A model generated the notes under the pieces. It had not been told where the DNA came from and did not search any database. It was given only the letters and a program-made list of their open reading frames with translations. Position numbers and translations under genes: made by a program. From Candidatus Calditenuis fumarioli (GTDB lineage Archaea; Thermoproteota; Nitrososphaeria_A; Caldarchaeales; Calditenuaceae), in the NCBI GenBank assembly GCA_030059665.1, contig JANVYR010000002.1, positions 32,001-96,000 of the forward strand: 64,000 bases of DNA. The letters run 5' to 3'. This document shows positions 1-9,308 of this stretch, one piece after another. Position 1 is the first letter of the stretch, and every line of letters starts with the position of its first letter.

Positions 1-42
1 ATAATCCGGTCGCGAACGCGCAGTACGGCGTCACGATTAGGT

Positions 43-1203
43 ATGACCTCAAAGGTTGATCGTGGGATCTCGTCGGCCGTCTCGGCCCTCTTCATGGTGG
101 TTATCATATTCGCGGCATTCATTCCGGCGCTTCTGGTGACGCAGTCGCTTTACTCCCTCCTCTCCAATGAGGTGAACTCGAGGCGCTACTTCGAGACGGA
201 CAGGTTCTCGGAGAGGCTGGAAGTGGTCGTTACACAGCTCGGAGATGAACCGCTTCTTAAGGTGGTGAACAAGGGACCGATCTCCGTTACGGTCGTGCGG
301 GTGTGGGCGTATGACGTCAGAACGGGAGCCACCCTTCCGCCCGACGGCCCTTGCGTCGTAGTTCCCACTACGCTCAACCCGGGAGGCGAGACGCTGGTGA
401 ATGTAGCTCCCTGCGTCCAGGGCTTCACGGGATACGTGATGTTCGAGGTCGTGACCGAGAGGGGCAGGGAGTTCGCTTCAGACATCGTCAGCCTGCGCCG
501 AGGCAGGCTATCGTCATCGGCTTATCCGTACACCCTGACGGTGAGCATCATCGACATGCGAAGGGGACGTACGTACATGGTGGAGGTCGAGCCCCTGGAC
601 TTCGGTGAGGTCTCCCCGAGGAGGTTCACCCATAAGGCCACGGCCTCCAACGAGAACGTCACCGTTGCCTTCGGTACGACTGCAGGCACCTTCAGGGTGA
701 CGCTCTACGAGAACGGTCGTCCTGTAGACCTCGGCGACCTCAACCCGCAGAACGTCACGGTGCCCGATTACACCGCGGTGATCTTCGATCTCGGTCGTCA
801 GACCTTCACGTCAGTCGAATTGGCGGTCATCATAATGGCGCCGCCGAGGGTTGTGGTGGGAGGCAACCCGAATAGGGAACCCGTCACTGTCATAGCGGAC
901 GTCTACGTACGGCTTCCGGCCAACGCGCAGGAGCAGGTCGTGATAACCCGGGTGCCCGATGACCTGTTAAGGGTGACCGGGGGCGGTATCCTCGGAGGAT
1001 GCACCGTCCTCACCGGCATGACTCTCAACCCTGGTCAACCTTCCCAGATAGGTTCCTGCTCCGTGACCGTGGTCTCGGGCAACGACGTCACGCTTACGGT
1101 CCCCGCAGGGGTGATAATCGGTGAGGGGGAGAGCTCCGGTCTCCAGTACACCAACAGCGAGGCGACCTTCACCATCAGGGTATCGGGCCGTTCCGACAGG
1201 TGA
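43..1203 (+). CDS. Pilin-like (class III signal peptide) minor pilin/adhesin
   Basis: N-terminus KVDRG|ISSAVSALFMVVIIF: charged leader, G cleavage site, hydrophobic helix; beta-rich body; paralog of 3084..4484. Confidence 0.7.
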   Translation: MTSKVDRGISSAVSALFMVVIIFAAFIPALLVTQSLYSLLSNEVNSRRYFETDRFSERLEVVVTQLGDEPLLKVVNKGPISVTVVRVWAYDVRTGATLPPDGPCVVVPTTLNPGGETLVNVAPCVQGFTGYVMFEVVTERGREFASDIVSLRRGRLSSSAYPYTLTVSIIDMRRGRTYMVEVEPLDFGEVSPRRFTHKATASNENVTVAFGTTAGTFRVTLYENGRPVDLGDLNPQNVTVPDYTAVIFDLGRQTFTSVELAVIIMAPPRVVVGGNPNREPVTVIADVYVRLPANAQEQVVITRVPDDLLRVTGGGILGGCTVLTGMTLNPGQPSQIGSCSVTVVSGNDVTLTVPAGVIIGEGESSGLQYTNSEATFTIRVSGRSDR

Positions 1204-1226
1204 CCGATGCCTCGCTTGCCCAGCCT

Positions 1227-3005
1227 TCAGGCAGCCCTCATCTTCAGCTTGATGATGCCGCCCTGCTGGAGCTCTATGTCCCCGCTCCTCAGCAGAGAGT
1301 TGATCGAGTCCCAGAAGGCCCTCTCGTCGAGCTGAGAGGTCTGCATCAGCGTCTTCAGGTCTGACTTCCCTCCGAGCCTCTGGAGCACCTCCACAAGCCT
1401 CTTGGGGCCCGTCAGCTCCCTCTCGACGCTGACCAGCGTCTCCAGCTCGGCCACCGCCTGCGCTAGAACCGTTTCGGGCTTCTCGTAGAACTGCAGCACG
1501 ATGCGGTTCACGTCCTCGGGCCTCGTTATCCCGCGTCTGACCATCCAGTCCAGAAGCATCCTCCTCTTCTCCAGCTCGGTAAGCAGCTCGTCCACCGTCT
1601 TCACGAGCCTCGCGCCCAGTCTCTTCAGCAGCGCGCTCTCCTTCAGGTAGCTCTTAAAACCGTCGGTTCTGGGGTCCCACTCGCCTACGAGCTGGTAGCT
1701 GTCGAAGTCCACGACCTCCCACATGAACCGCACCCTCCTAGCGGGAACGTTGAACTGCTCGAGGTACCTGACCATCACCCTCTCCACGTAGATGACGCAG
1801 TTCATCAGCGGTATGAAGGACGGTGCTATGTTCATCGGAGGCGAGGTCAGGCGCTTGATCGCGGTGTCGAGGCTCTCGGCGTGCATCGTCGATAAACCTC
1901 CGTGACCGGTCGCCATGGCCTGGAAGAGCACGTATGCCTCCTCACCCCTCACCTCTCCCACGATCAGGTAGTCGGGCCTGTACCTCAGGCTGGTCCTCAC
2001 CAGGTCGTACAGGGTTATCCTCCCCCTCTCGGACGACCCCAAGCCGTAGCTCTCCCTGGTGACGAACCTCACCCAGTTCTCCCTCGGGATGTTGATCTCC
2101 GGGGTCTCCTCGCAGGTGACGATCTTGTACAGGGGTTTGATGAACGTGGTCAGGGCGTTCAGGATCGTGGTCTTGCCGCTTCCCGTCGCACCCAGCACCA
2201 TTATGCTGGCCTTGTTCTCGATCAGCAACCACAGGTACGCGGCGAGCAGGCTGTTGATCACGTTGGCCTGTATCAGCTCGGTGATCGTGAAGGGCCTCTC
2301 CCTGAACTTCCTCACCGTGAAGGTGCTGCCCCTGGGTGAGACCTCCTCCCTGAAGGTCGCCGCGAGCCGGTGCTTCCCGTAGATCATGGCGTCGACGATC
2401 GGGAAAGCTGAGGAGATGTGCTTGTTCGCCTTGTGGACCAGGTGTATGATGTAGTCGTCGAGGGCCTTCCTTGTTGTGAAGACGATGTTGGTGGGTATGC
2501 TCTCGAAGTCCCTGTGGTAGACGTAGACCGGCACGTTGACCCCGTTGCAGGATATGTCCTCGATCCTGTGGTCCTCGAAGATGATGTTCAGAGGCCCGAA
2601 GCCCATCATGTCCCGCTCGATGTAGTACTGGAGCTTCGCCATCAGCTCGGGTCTGTTGACGTCGACTCCCAGGCCTTTCCCGTACTTCTTCAGGACCTTC
2701 GCGGCTCCCTGAAGTACCGCCTTCCTCACCTCCTCTAGGTCCTCGAACTTCGGGAAGTCCAGCTCCTTCGTCAGGATGTCCTTCACCTTCTCGACGATCT
2801 CCTTCTCCTTGCTGTTGAGCGGCACCTCGCTGCAGAAGTACGTGGGTTCTACGAACCTTCCCGGCGGCGACGCTATTATCACCTCCGCGAGGCCCTCCCT
2901 GATCTGATACCTGGAGAGTATGTCGTAGTCGTAGGGTACAGGTTTCACCTCGATGCCCTCCCAGGAATCAACGACCTTTTGGGCATCGGGCTTCTTCTCA
3001 CTCAT
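1227..3005 (-). CDS. Type IV pilus/type II secretion ATPase (VirB11/TadA/FlaI family) with C-terminal extension
   Basis: Walker A GATGSGKT, Asp-box CEETPEI, Walker B LIVGEVRG, His-box TGHGGLSTMHA; start moved to ATG 3005 behind GGAGGTGG. Confidence 0.95.
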   Translation of the reverse strand: MSEKKPDAQKVVDSWEGIEVKPVPYDYDILSRYQIREGLAEVIIASPPGRFVEPTYFCSEVPLNSKEKEIVEKVKDILTKELDFPKFEDLEEVRKAVLQGAAKVLKKYGKGLGVDVNRPELMAKLQYYIERDMMGFGPLNIIFEDHRIEDISCNGVNVPVYVYHRDFESIPTNIVFTTRKALDDYIIHLVHKANKHISSAFPIVDAMIYGKHRLAATFREEVSPRGSTFTVRKFRERPFTITELIQANVINSLLAAYLWLLIENKASIMVLGATGSGKTTILNALTTFIKPLYKIVTCEETPEINIPRENWVRFVTRESYGLGSSERGRITLYDLVRTSLRYRPDYLIVGEVRGEEAYVLFQAMATGHGGLSTMHAESLDTAIKRLTSPPMNIAPSFIPLMNCVIYVERVMVRYLEQFNVPARRVRFMWEVVDFDSYQLVGEWDPRTDGFKSYLKESALLKRLGARLVKTVDELLTELEKRRMLLDWMVRRGITRPEDVNRIVLQFYEKPETVLAQAVAELETLVSVERELTGPKRLVEVLQRLGGKSDLKTLMQTSQLDERAFWDSINSLLRSGDIELQQGGIIKLKMRAA

Positions 3006-3028
3006 CCTGCTCCCACCTCCCACAATCC

Positions 3029-3036
3029 ATTATAAA
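3029..3036 (-). promoter_or_regulatory. TATA box upstream of pilus ATPase
   Basis: TTTATAAT preceded by an A-rich BRE-like run in the short intergenic gap, about 25-30 nt upstream of the start codon. Confidence 0.5.
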
Positions 3037-3083
3037 TTTTTGCAAGCACGATGTTTCTTGAGCAACGAACGCGGACAAGGAGG

Positions 3084-4484
3084 TCACCCCGACGGACAGT
3101 TGACTGCCTGCATCACGGTGGTCTGAACCTCGATGGCGTTGATGTAGGTCAGAACATCGCGGCCTGGTGGACCCAGCGTGGTGGTTACCGTGGATGCGCT
3201 GATGCCGGTCACAACGGTTATCCGATTGACGCGGCAAAGCAGAACCGTCACCTTCTGGATCAGGACGCTATTTGAGCTGTCGAGCCTGAACTCCCCGGGT
3301 ATCTCAACAGCGCTCTCATCGATGGAGACCGTGATCACGTACTTCGTCGGCTCATTTTGAGGGAGTTCGCACTTGAACGTGACAGGCACCGTGTCACCTG
3401 GAATGAGCCTGTATATCCCGCCAGAACTGTCAGACCATTGGCATGTACCTGACGACGATTCTGATGATATCGTTAGTGTTATGCTCGTAACGTTGACCAT
3501 CGGACCCGGAAAGCGGGGGTCGTAGTGAACGAAAAACGTGAAGTTCACAAGCAGGGGTTGATCGGGATTAGACGAGTTGAGAAGCACGAGCCTGCTAACT
3601 GGGCTGCTGAGCCTCAGCACTATCCCCCAAGGCTCGTCAATGCGTGCGTTGACCCTTACGATCGTGTCGTCCAACACCGTTATAGGTGTGAGATCGCCGA
3701 GTGACAGCACTGGCACAAGCACACCCTGGTCGTTCACCATGTTCACCTTGACGGTGTAGTTGCCCGGTGCGACGTTGAAGTAGAAGACCTCCTCCCTGCC
3801 CACGTTCACGCCCTCAGAGCTAGACCTGACCTCGATGTAGCGTGCGACCTCAACCCTTCTGGTGCAGCCAGGTGCGATCTCACCCGAAGTGCTTGTGGGC
3901 CGCGAGATGCAGCCGAGGGAACCCTCCTTGACCTCTGCGGTGACGACGTATTCGGTCGACACGGTCAGATTGGCGAGGGAGAGGACGAGCACGTACGGCA
4001 ACCTCATAGGCCCGATGGCGTAGGCCGAGAGGAAGGAGTTGCCCCTTGCCGTTGAGGCTCTTACGTGCAACACCTCGCAGCTCTCTGGCGACGGACACTG
4101 CAACAAGTACTCCGTCCGGATGAGCCTCGACTCCGCAGGGGCCAAGATGATCGGGTTCTCGGAGAGCCTGACGATCCCGCTCGTGCTGCTCTCAGCGTAG
4201 AGCCCCGTCACGGTGGACTCAAGGGGGGACAGGTTCGTCAGCCGCACCAGCAACCTGTAGCTGCTTCCTTCCGGGTTGATGTAGGGTTCGACCTGGACGC
4301 GTTCTCGGAGCTTCTCGGCCTCGAATATCAGCCTCCTGTTGACCTCGTCCATGAAGATCGTCTGGAGCTGCTGCATGTAGAGCCAGGTCGGGATGATCAC
4401 GGCGAAGAAGATCAGGATGCCTATGGCCGTCGAGAGGACTCCGGTGATCGCTGCTTTCCGCCCGTTCCTGATCCTGCGCGTCAT
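3084..4484 (-). CDS. Pilin-like minor pilin/adhesin
   Basis: RKAA|ITGVLSTAIGILIFFAVII class III-like signal; N-terminal half aligns with 43..1203 (EVNRR..FE..K..ER.V; PY.L.LS). Confidence 0.7.
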   Translation of the reverse strand: MTRRIRNGRKAAITGVLSTAIGILIFFAVIIPTWLYMQQLQTIFMDEVNRRLIFEAEKLRERVQVEPYINPEGSSYRLLVRLTNLSPLESTVTGLYAESSTSGIVRLSENPIILAPAESRLIRTEYLLQCPSPESCEVLHVRASTARGNSFLSAYAIGPMRLPYVLVLSLANLTVSTEYVVTAEVKEGSLGCISRPTSTSGEIAPGCTRRVEVARYIEVRSSSEGVNVGREEVFYFNVAPGNYTVKVNMVNDQGVLVPVLSLGDLTPITVLDDTIVRVNARIDEPWGIVLRLSSPVSRLVLLNSSNPDQPLLVNFTFFVHYDPRFPGPMVNVTSITLTISSESSSGTCQWSDSSGGIYRLIPGDTVPVTFKCELPQNEPTKYVITVSIDESAVEIPGEFRLDSSNSVLIQKVTVLLCRVNRITVVTGISASTVTTTLGPPGRDVLTYINAIEVQTTVMQAVNCPSG

Positions 4485-5062
4485 CCCTCACCACCCCTCC
4501 GGGTAACTGTGGTCGTGACGGTGACCGTTATCGTTGTCGTCGACGTCGTGCTGGTGGTGGTCGTTGTGGTAGTTCTGCTCTCGGTGCTGACGGTGCTGGT
4601 GGTCGTGGTGGTGACGGTTGTGGGGGTCGTCAGCGTCGTCCACGTCGTGGTGGTGGTCCAGACGGTGGCCGTCGACCTGGTGTAGATGGTGCTGGTCACG
4701 GTGACCGTTACGGTCAGAATTTGGCTCCTAGTAATAGTCGCGGTCGTGGTCGTTCTAGCGACTGTAGTCCAGGTTGACGTGACTGTGGTTACGGTGGTTG
4801 TTGAAGTACGGGTACTAATCGCGTACGTCGGAACGGTGACGGTCGTCGTGGTCGTCAGTGTTTTCGTTTCAGTTACCTCACCCGATGTGACCGTCTCGGT
4901 TACCCATGTCGTCCGATAGATCGTGGTGGTCGTTGTGGTGGTTGTGGTCGTGGTAGAGGTTCTGGTGGCTCCCTGTGCGTAGACCTCCATAACGCCCCAA
5001 AGGACGCCCATCAGGACGAGCAGCGCGATGACAGCGGTGACGCCCTTACTTTCGAGCCTCAT
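4481..5062 (-). CDS. Thr-rich (mucin-like) pilin-like protein
   Basis: MRLESKG|VTAVIALLVLMGVLWGV followed almost entirely by Thr/Val/Ser; 4-bp overlaps with both neighbours. Confidence 0.65.
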   Translation of the reverse strand: MRLESKGVTAVIALLVLMGVLWGVMEVYAQGATRTSTTTTTTTTTTTIYRTTWVTETVTSGEVTETKTLTTTTTVTVPTYAISTRTSTTTVTTVTSTWTTVARTTTTATITRSQILTVTVTVTSTIYTRSTATVWTTTTTWTTLTTPTTVTTTTTSTVSTESRTTTTTTTSTTSTTTITVTVTTTVTRRGGEG

Positions 5063-6876
5063 CTCCTTACCACCCCCTCTCTCCTCAATGTTCTGTAAAT
5101 GAAGGGTGAGGACATGCCTGCCAGACCGAGGCCACCTGACACGAAAAGCAGCAGCGATGGGTCAAGCGGTGTTCTGAGCTCAGAGGTCGTTACTGGAGAG
5201 AGATAGCCGCCTCCTGGCGATACTGTTATCGTGACTGTGACTGTGGTGGTCCTTGTTATCGTCGTTCCGACCGTCGAGGTCTGGGTGAAGGTCCTGGTCG
5301 TGGTGTAAACCGTGCTGTAGCTCGTGAGGGTCTGGGTGGTTGTGGGCGAGTAGACGGTACTGGTGCTGCTGATGGTGGACGTTCTGCTGAGCGTCGTGGT
5401 GGAAGTGTAGACCGTTGTAATAACGGTTCTACTCAGTGACACGGTGGCGGTGTAAACTGTGGTGTAGGTATAGATGGTCCTGGTTGAAGTCGAAGTGGTT
5501 GTAGTCCATATTACACTAGTGGCGCTTCTGATCGTGGTGGTCGAAGAAGTTCCAGTGGTCCTATATACGGTAGCGGTAGTCGTGGACGTTTTCGTTGTGG
5601 TTACCGTGCTGGGTACTGTAGTAGTAGTAGTGGTGGAGGTTACGGTCGCGGTGGTGGTTTCGGTCACGGTCACCGTCATAGTGACTGTATGAATTGGCGT
5701 GACCTCGGTATAGTCGATCGTCACATCGTACAACCTCAAGAGCTGGGCTGGGGGCGATAAGTCAGCCGTCCCCTGGAGGTTGAGGTAGTCCGCACCTCCC
5801 GGTATTAGGGTTATCAGGGTGCCGGAGCTCCTTCCGGAGACGCCGCCGTTGCAGTCGATCACCTGGACCGAAACGCTCACGTCAGCGTTGTCTATAGCGT
5901 AGACGGAGACTAGCATCGAGGTCGTCAGCAGGTTGAGCCGGTCGACGTTCAGCTTGGCGAAGTCCGGGTAAACCACGTCGCTGTCGACGTTGAACCTCCA
6001 GACCCCCGGGAGGACGGTGTAGCGGTCGCTCGTGATGGTCACGGTCAGCGGGTACCGGAGCGGTGAGGGGGCCGTCAGCGGAACGGTCAGGTCTTTGGGC
6101 GTTGTTCCGGATACCGTGGCCGAGCCGATTGCGGTGTTGCCGTATTTGTCCTGGAGCGTCACCCTAATCTCGGTCGGTTCCAGCTCCTGATCGCTCGCCA
6201 TACCGATCCTGAGCTTGACGCCTCCCTCGACCTGGAACCTGGTCAGCGTCCGGCCCACGTAGATCGGTACTTCAACGGGATCGACGTAGTCCACCAGCAG
6301 CCATCCTCCCACAGGGGATGGACAGAGCTTGCCGATGTCGGCGTTCGGAACCTCAGCCTTGAACGAGGCCACCCTGAAGAGCATGGTTCTGATGAGCGGC
6401 TCAACCCTGCTGGGGTCTCTGGGATCTATCAGCGCGGTCGGGACGTAGTGAACCGTGACCAGCACCGGGTCGCCGGGGTTGCAGCCCGGACACATGAAGT
6501 AGACTTCACTCGCCTCCATCCTCCCCAGCGTGACGTACCTGGCGGGATCGTAGCTCGGATTGGTGTCGTGCACCGGTGTTCCGTTGCGGTAAACGATCAG
6601 CTTGAGCACGGTCACCGTCACGTCGCCCGTGTTCCTGAGCTTCGCCACGCCCTGGCCAGAAACCCCCCTCAGGCTGGGGAAGTAGACGTAATCTGCACCC
6701 AGCATGGACCTCAGCACCAGCTCGTCCTTGTTCAGCTTCTCGGCTTCCTGCTGTCTCGTGATGTTGGAGGTCGAGGTGACGTAGGTGAGGACCGCGATGC
6801 TGATCGCGACCACGAAGGCCGCAGCTATTGCTATGGAGACCGTTTCGGATAGTCCCTCGGACCTCGGGGGCTTCAC
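5059..6876 (-). CDS. Pilin-like surface protein with Thr-rich stalk and C-terminal TM helix
   Basis: RSEG|LSETVSIAIAAAFVVAISIA signal; globular domain paralogous to 6878..8116; long Thr tract; LLLFVSGGLGLAGMSSPFIYRTLRR. Confidence 0.7.
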   Translation of the reverse strand: MKPPRSEGLSETVSIAIAAAFVVAISIAVLTYVTSTSNITRQQEAEKLNKDELVLRSMLGADYVYFPSLRGVSGQGVAKLRNTGDVTVTVLKLIVYRNGTPVHDTNPSYDPARYVTLGRMEASEVYFMCPGCNPGDPVLVTVHYVPTALIDPRDPSRVEPLIRTMLFRVASFKAEVPNADIGKLCPSPVGGWLLVDYVDPVEVPIYVGRTLTRFQVEGGVKLRIGMASDQELEPTEIRVTLQDKYGNTAIGSATVSGTTPKDLTVPLTAPSPLRYPLTVTITSDRYTVLPGVWRFNVDSDVVYPDFAKLNVDRLNLLTTSMLVSVYAIDNADVSVSVQVIDCNGGVSGRSSGTLITLIPGGADYLNLQGTADLSPPAQLLRLYDVTIDYTEVTPIHTVTMTVTVTETTTATVTSTTTTTTVPSTVTTTKTSTTTATVYRTTGTSSTTTIRSATSVIWTTTTSTSTRTIYTYTTVYTATVSLSRTVITTVYTSTTTLSRTSTISSTSTVYSPTTTQTLTSYSTVYTTTRTFTQTSTVGTTITRTTTVTVTITVSPGGGYLSPVTTSELRTPLDPSLLLFVSGGLGLAGMSSPFIYRTLRREGVVRR

Positions 6877-6877
6877 C

Positions 6878-8116
6878 TCACCCTACCTCCACCTCGACCC
6901 TGTACACCTTGAACGCCAGAACGGGTTCTTCCGTCGGTAGGTCGATGAAGAAGCTGTCGAACTGGACGCCGGAGGGTATGGTGACGGTGGTCGTGACCTG
7001 GGCCAGCACGTTGTTGTTGCAGTCGATCAGCTTCAGCCTCAGAGGCACCGTTGCGGGCACGTCATACTCTTTCTTCGCCAGCTCGATCATGACGGTGGTG
7101 ACTATGGGCTCCTCGCCGACCCATGCGAAGAACTGCGTGATGAGCCGTACACCGCTGACGTGGACCACGCCCGCTGAGGGATGGTTGTAACTGCCGAAGT
7201 AGAACCTGTTGGGTATCACCGTGTAGGTTGGGGATGAGACGTCAACTGAGAACGGAGCTATGATCGAGCCCAGCGACTCCGGAGGCGTCACCCTGACCGG
7301 TTGCTCGGCGGAAGTGTCGATCCTCAGGTCGCTCGTGATAACTCCGCTGGAATCTCTGTCTGCGAGCACGAACGTGAAGCTCTGGGGAGTCGATACGCTG
7401 GGGCTGGCGTGCCTGAAGCTGACGTAGAGCTTGTCGGATCGCTGGGGCCTGATCTCGCCGTTATCGGCGTTGGTCACCGGATCCACCGAGGCCAGGAAGA
7501 CGGCCGGTGTCCCCTCGGGCGGAACGCAAACCTCCGGGTTTACCAATCCCGGATAAATGATCACCGTCTCGACGAACTGCATCTCGTCCGCCGAGACCTC
7601 GGGGTTGTTCTGGTCGTACAGGTTCCGAGCGATGTACCAGACCCTGAGCTTTGTCCGCTCTCCGAAGAAGCAGGTGGGACAGCCGGGGAGCTTGGTGCCT
7701 GGCAGATCAAGGGACCCCTTTGGAGGAATCGGGTCGAGCCCTCCGGCCCGGCCGCAGGCCAACCACCTCTGTGGCGGAGACGGGTACTGGCCTCCGATGG
7801 AACCGTCCTCCCTGATCAGCTCAAGCCTCACGACGCAGAGGTCAACGGTTGCGATGTTCCTCAGCCTGACGTTCCTCTTGTCGACGTCCAGCGGGTACTT
7901 CACCATCTCGAAGACCAGCATCCCGGAGGTCCTGACGAGGTGGATCGACCTGTCGGTCTTCTGGGTCAGGTCTGTGGCCGAGGCGCCGAACCAGTTGAAG
8001 GAGACCGCCATTAGCAGGATGCCGATGGCCACGGTGACCGATGCCAGGATCGCGGTGGAGACCGCCGGTGAAACCCCCGATGACCGCGATGAGCGGCGTG
8101 AGCGTGACCTTTTCAT
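6878..8116 (-). CDS. Pilin-like minor pilin
   Basis: Arg-rich leader RSSG|VSPAVSTAILASVTVAIGILL; LRN motif typical of archaeal pilins. Confidence 0.75.
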   Translation of the reverse strand: MKRSRSRRSSRSSGVSPAVSTAILASVTVAIGILLMAVSFNWFGASATDLTQKTDRSIHLVRTSGMLVFEMVKYPLDVDKRNVRLRNIATVDLCVVRLELIREDGSIGGQYPSPPQRWLACGRAGGLDPIPPKGSLDLPGTKLPGCPTCFFGERTKLRVWYIARNLYDQNNPEVSADEMQFVETVIIYPGLVNPEVCVPPEGTPAVFLASVDPVTNADNGEIRPQRSDKLYVSFRHASPSVSTPQSFTFVLADRDSSGVITSDLRIDTSAEQPVRVTPPESLGSIIAPFSVDVSSPTYTVIPNRFYFGSYNHPSAGVVHVSGVRLITQFFAWVGEEPIVTTVMIELAKKEYDVPATVPLRLKLIDCNNNVLAQVTTTVTIPSGVQFDSFFIDLPTEEPVLAFKVYRVEVEVG

Positions 8117-8276
8117 TCTTGTGCAACCTTAATTTAAGCCAATATAAATTGATGGGAGTTAGCGACGTCGGTTCCTTCCCCGGAAACGCTTATATGTCGT
8201 GTTAAATCTGCCAAGTTCTACGCTTCCCTGATTTGCTGTTCGGAATGCCGTGGCCAAACCGTGATGCGGTTGCGGT

Positions 8277-8498
8277 TCACGCGGCCTGAGGGCCGGTTTC
8301 CGAACCGTTGAGCCTCCGGTGGAGCAGCTCTGCGGCCAGCAGCGCGAAGGCGAGCATCAGCACCGTGACGAGCGTGGCTATCGTGCCCTCGACGACCCAC
8401 TGACCCTGCGTCGCGCTGTAGATGAGGGTGAAGACGAACTCCCAGTAGGGCAGGCCGAGGTTCATCACGAGCGCCATCGGTGAGAGGATTGCGGTCAT
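8277..8498 (-). CDS. Small membrane protein (start uncertain; frame open to 8639)
   Basis: Hydrophobic helices, genome-like codon usage, co-oriented with the pilin operon. Confidence 0.4.
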   Translation of the reverse strand: MTAILSPMALVMNLGLPYWEFVFTLIYSATQGQWVVEGTIATLVTVLMLAFALLAAELLHRRLNGSETGPQAA

Positions 8499-8689
8499 GA
8501 CGATCGGGTAGGTGACGAGCCTATTCGCAATTGCTTCGCCCCTGAAACCTGCGATGAGGACCGCTGTAATGTGGTGATTGATCCTGCTTTTTCGCGAGGA
8601 GACAGCGACTCGAAAAGAAGCGGTTAAGGGGCAAATTGGTTATGGAGACTGATCCAAAAAATGAGATGTCTTTGGGATTAAAGTCGTCC

Positions 8690-9154
8690 TTACGGTACCA
8701 GCACCGCAACTGGATACGTCTTGCCGCTCGTCGAGTGCAGGGCTACTTCGTTGGTCACTCCGCCCGTTCTGAAACAAGCATCAGGACCACCTTGCAAAAC
8801 GAAATACTCTGAGTTACCTATACCTAAATTAGCGGGAAGATTTTGGATTGCACCAGCTCTAGTAGGACCATGATTCACATTAGTACATGGTACTCCGTTG
8901 ACAAACACTTGGTCAACCACCGCAGGGCTGGACCCGCTGTTCTTCGCTATCACTACTACCGCGTCATCATTTGGATCAGCAGGATCTCCTGGATCAAAGT
9001 ACGCCGACACGATCTCGATCTTCTCGAACCTCGTGAAGACGCCGACGAGCCCCGACGCCCAGAAGGCCACCGCTATCGCTATCACTATCGCCACCGCCAC
9101 CAGGATCACCGTAGCGACCACAGGGCTTATCCCAGCCTTCCTCCTGTCCCTCAC
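8690..9154 (-). CDS. Probable major archaeal type IV pilin
   Basis: RRKAG|ISPVVATVILVAVAIVIAIAV canonical class III signal; start reassigned to GTG 9154 behind GGGGAGG. Confidence 0.9.
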   Translation of the reverse strand: MRDRRKAGISPVVATVILVAVAIVIAIAVAFWASGLVGVFTRFEKIEIVSAYFDPGDPADPNDDAVVVIAKNSGSSPAVVDQVFVNGVPCTNVNHGPTRAGAIQNLPANLGIGNSEYFVLQGGPDACFRTGGVTNEVALHSTSGKTYPVAVLVP

Positions 9155-9308
9155 GTCCTCCCCATCATGACGTCCAATAGTTATTTCTTTTCTGCCCCGG
9201 AGGCGCCTGCGAAGGACCCGCACTTTAAACGATTTTCCGGACTGCCAACCGTTGACCTCGCTCCCTGGGACCCGACGACAGGTTGGCCATAGGAGTCGGG
9301 GCGAGCGA

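Noticed and set aside
4490-5700. Repetitive GTG/GTC/ACC-rich DNA resembling a repeat array
   Set aside because: Explained by Thr/Val codons in pilin stalks; no constant repeat-spacer periodicity, so not CRISPR. The same applies to 56240..56550.
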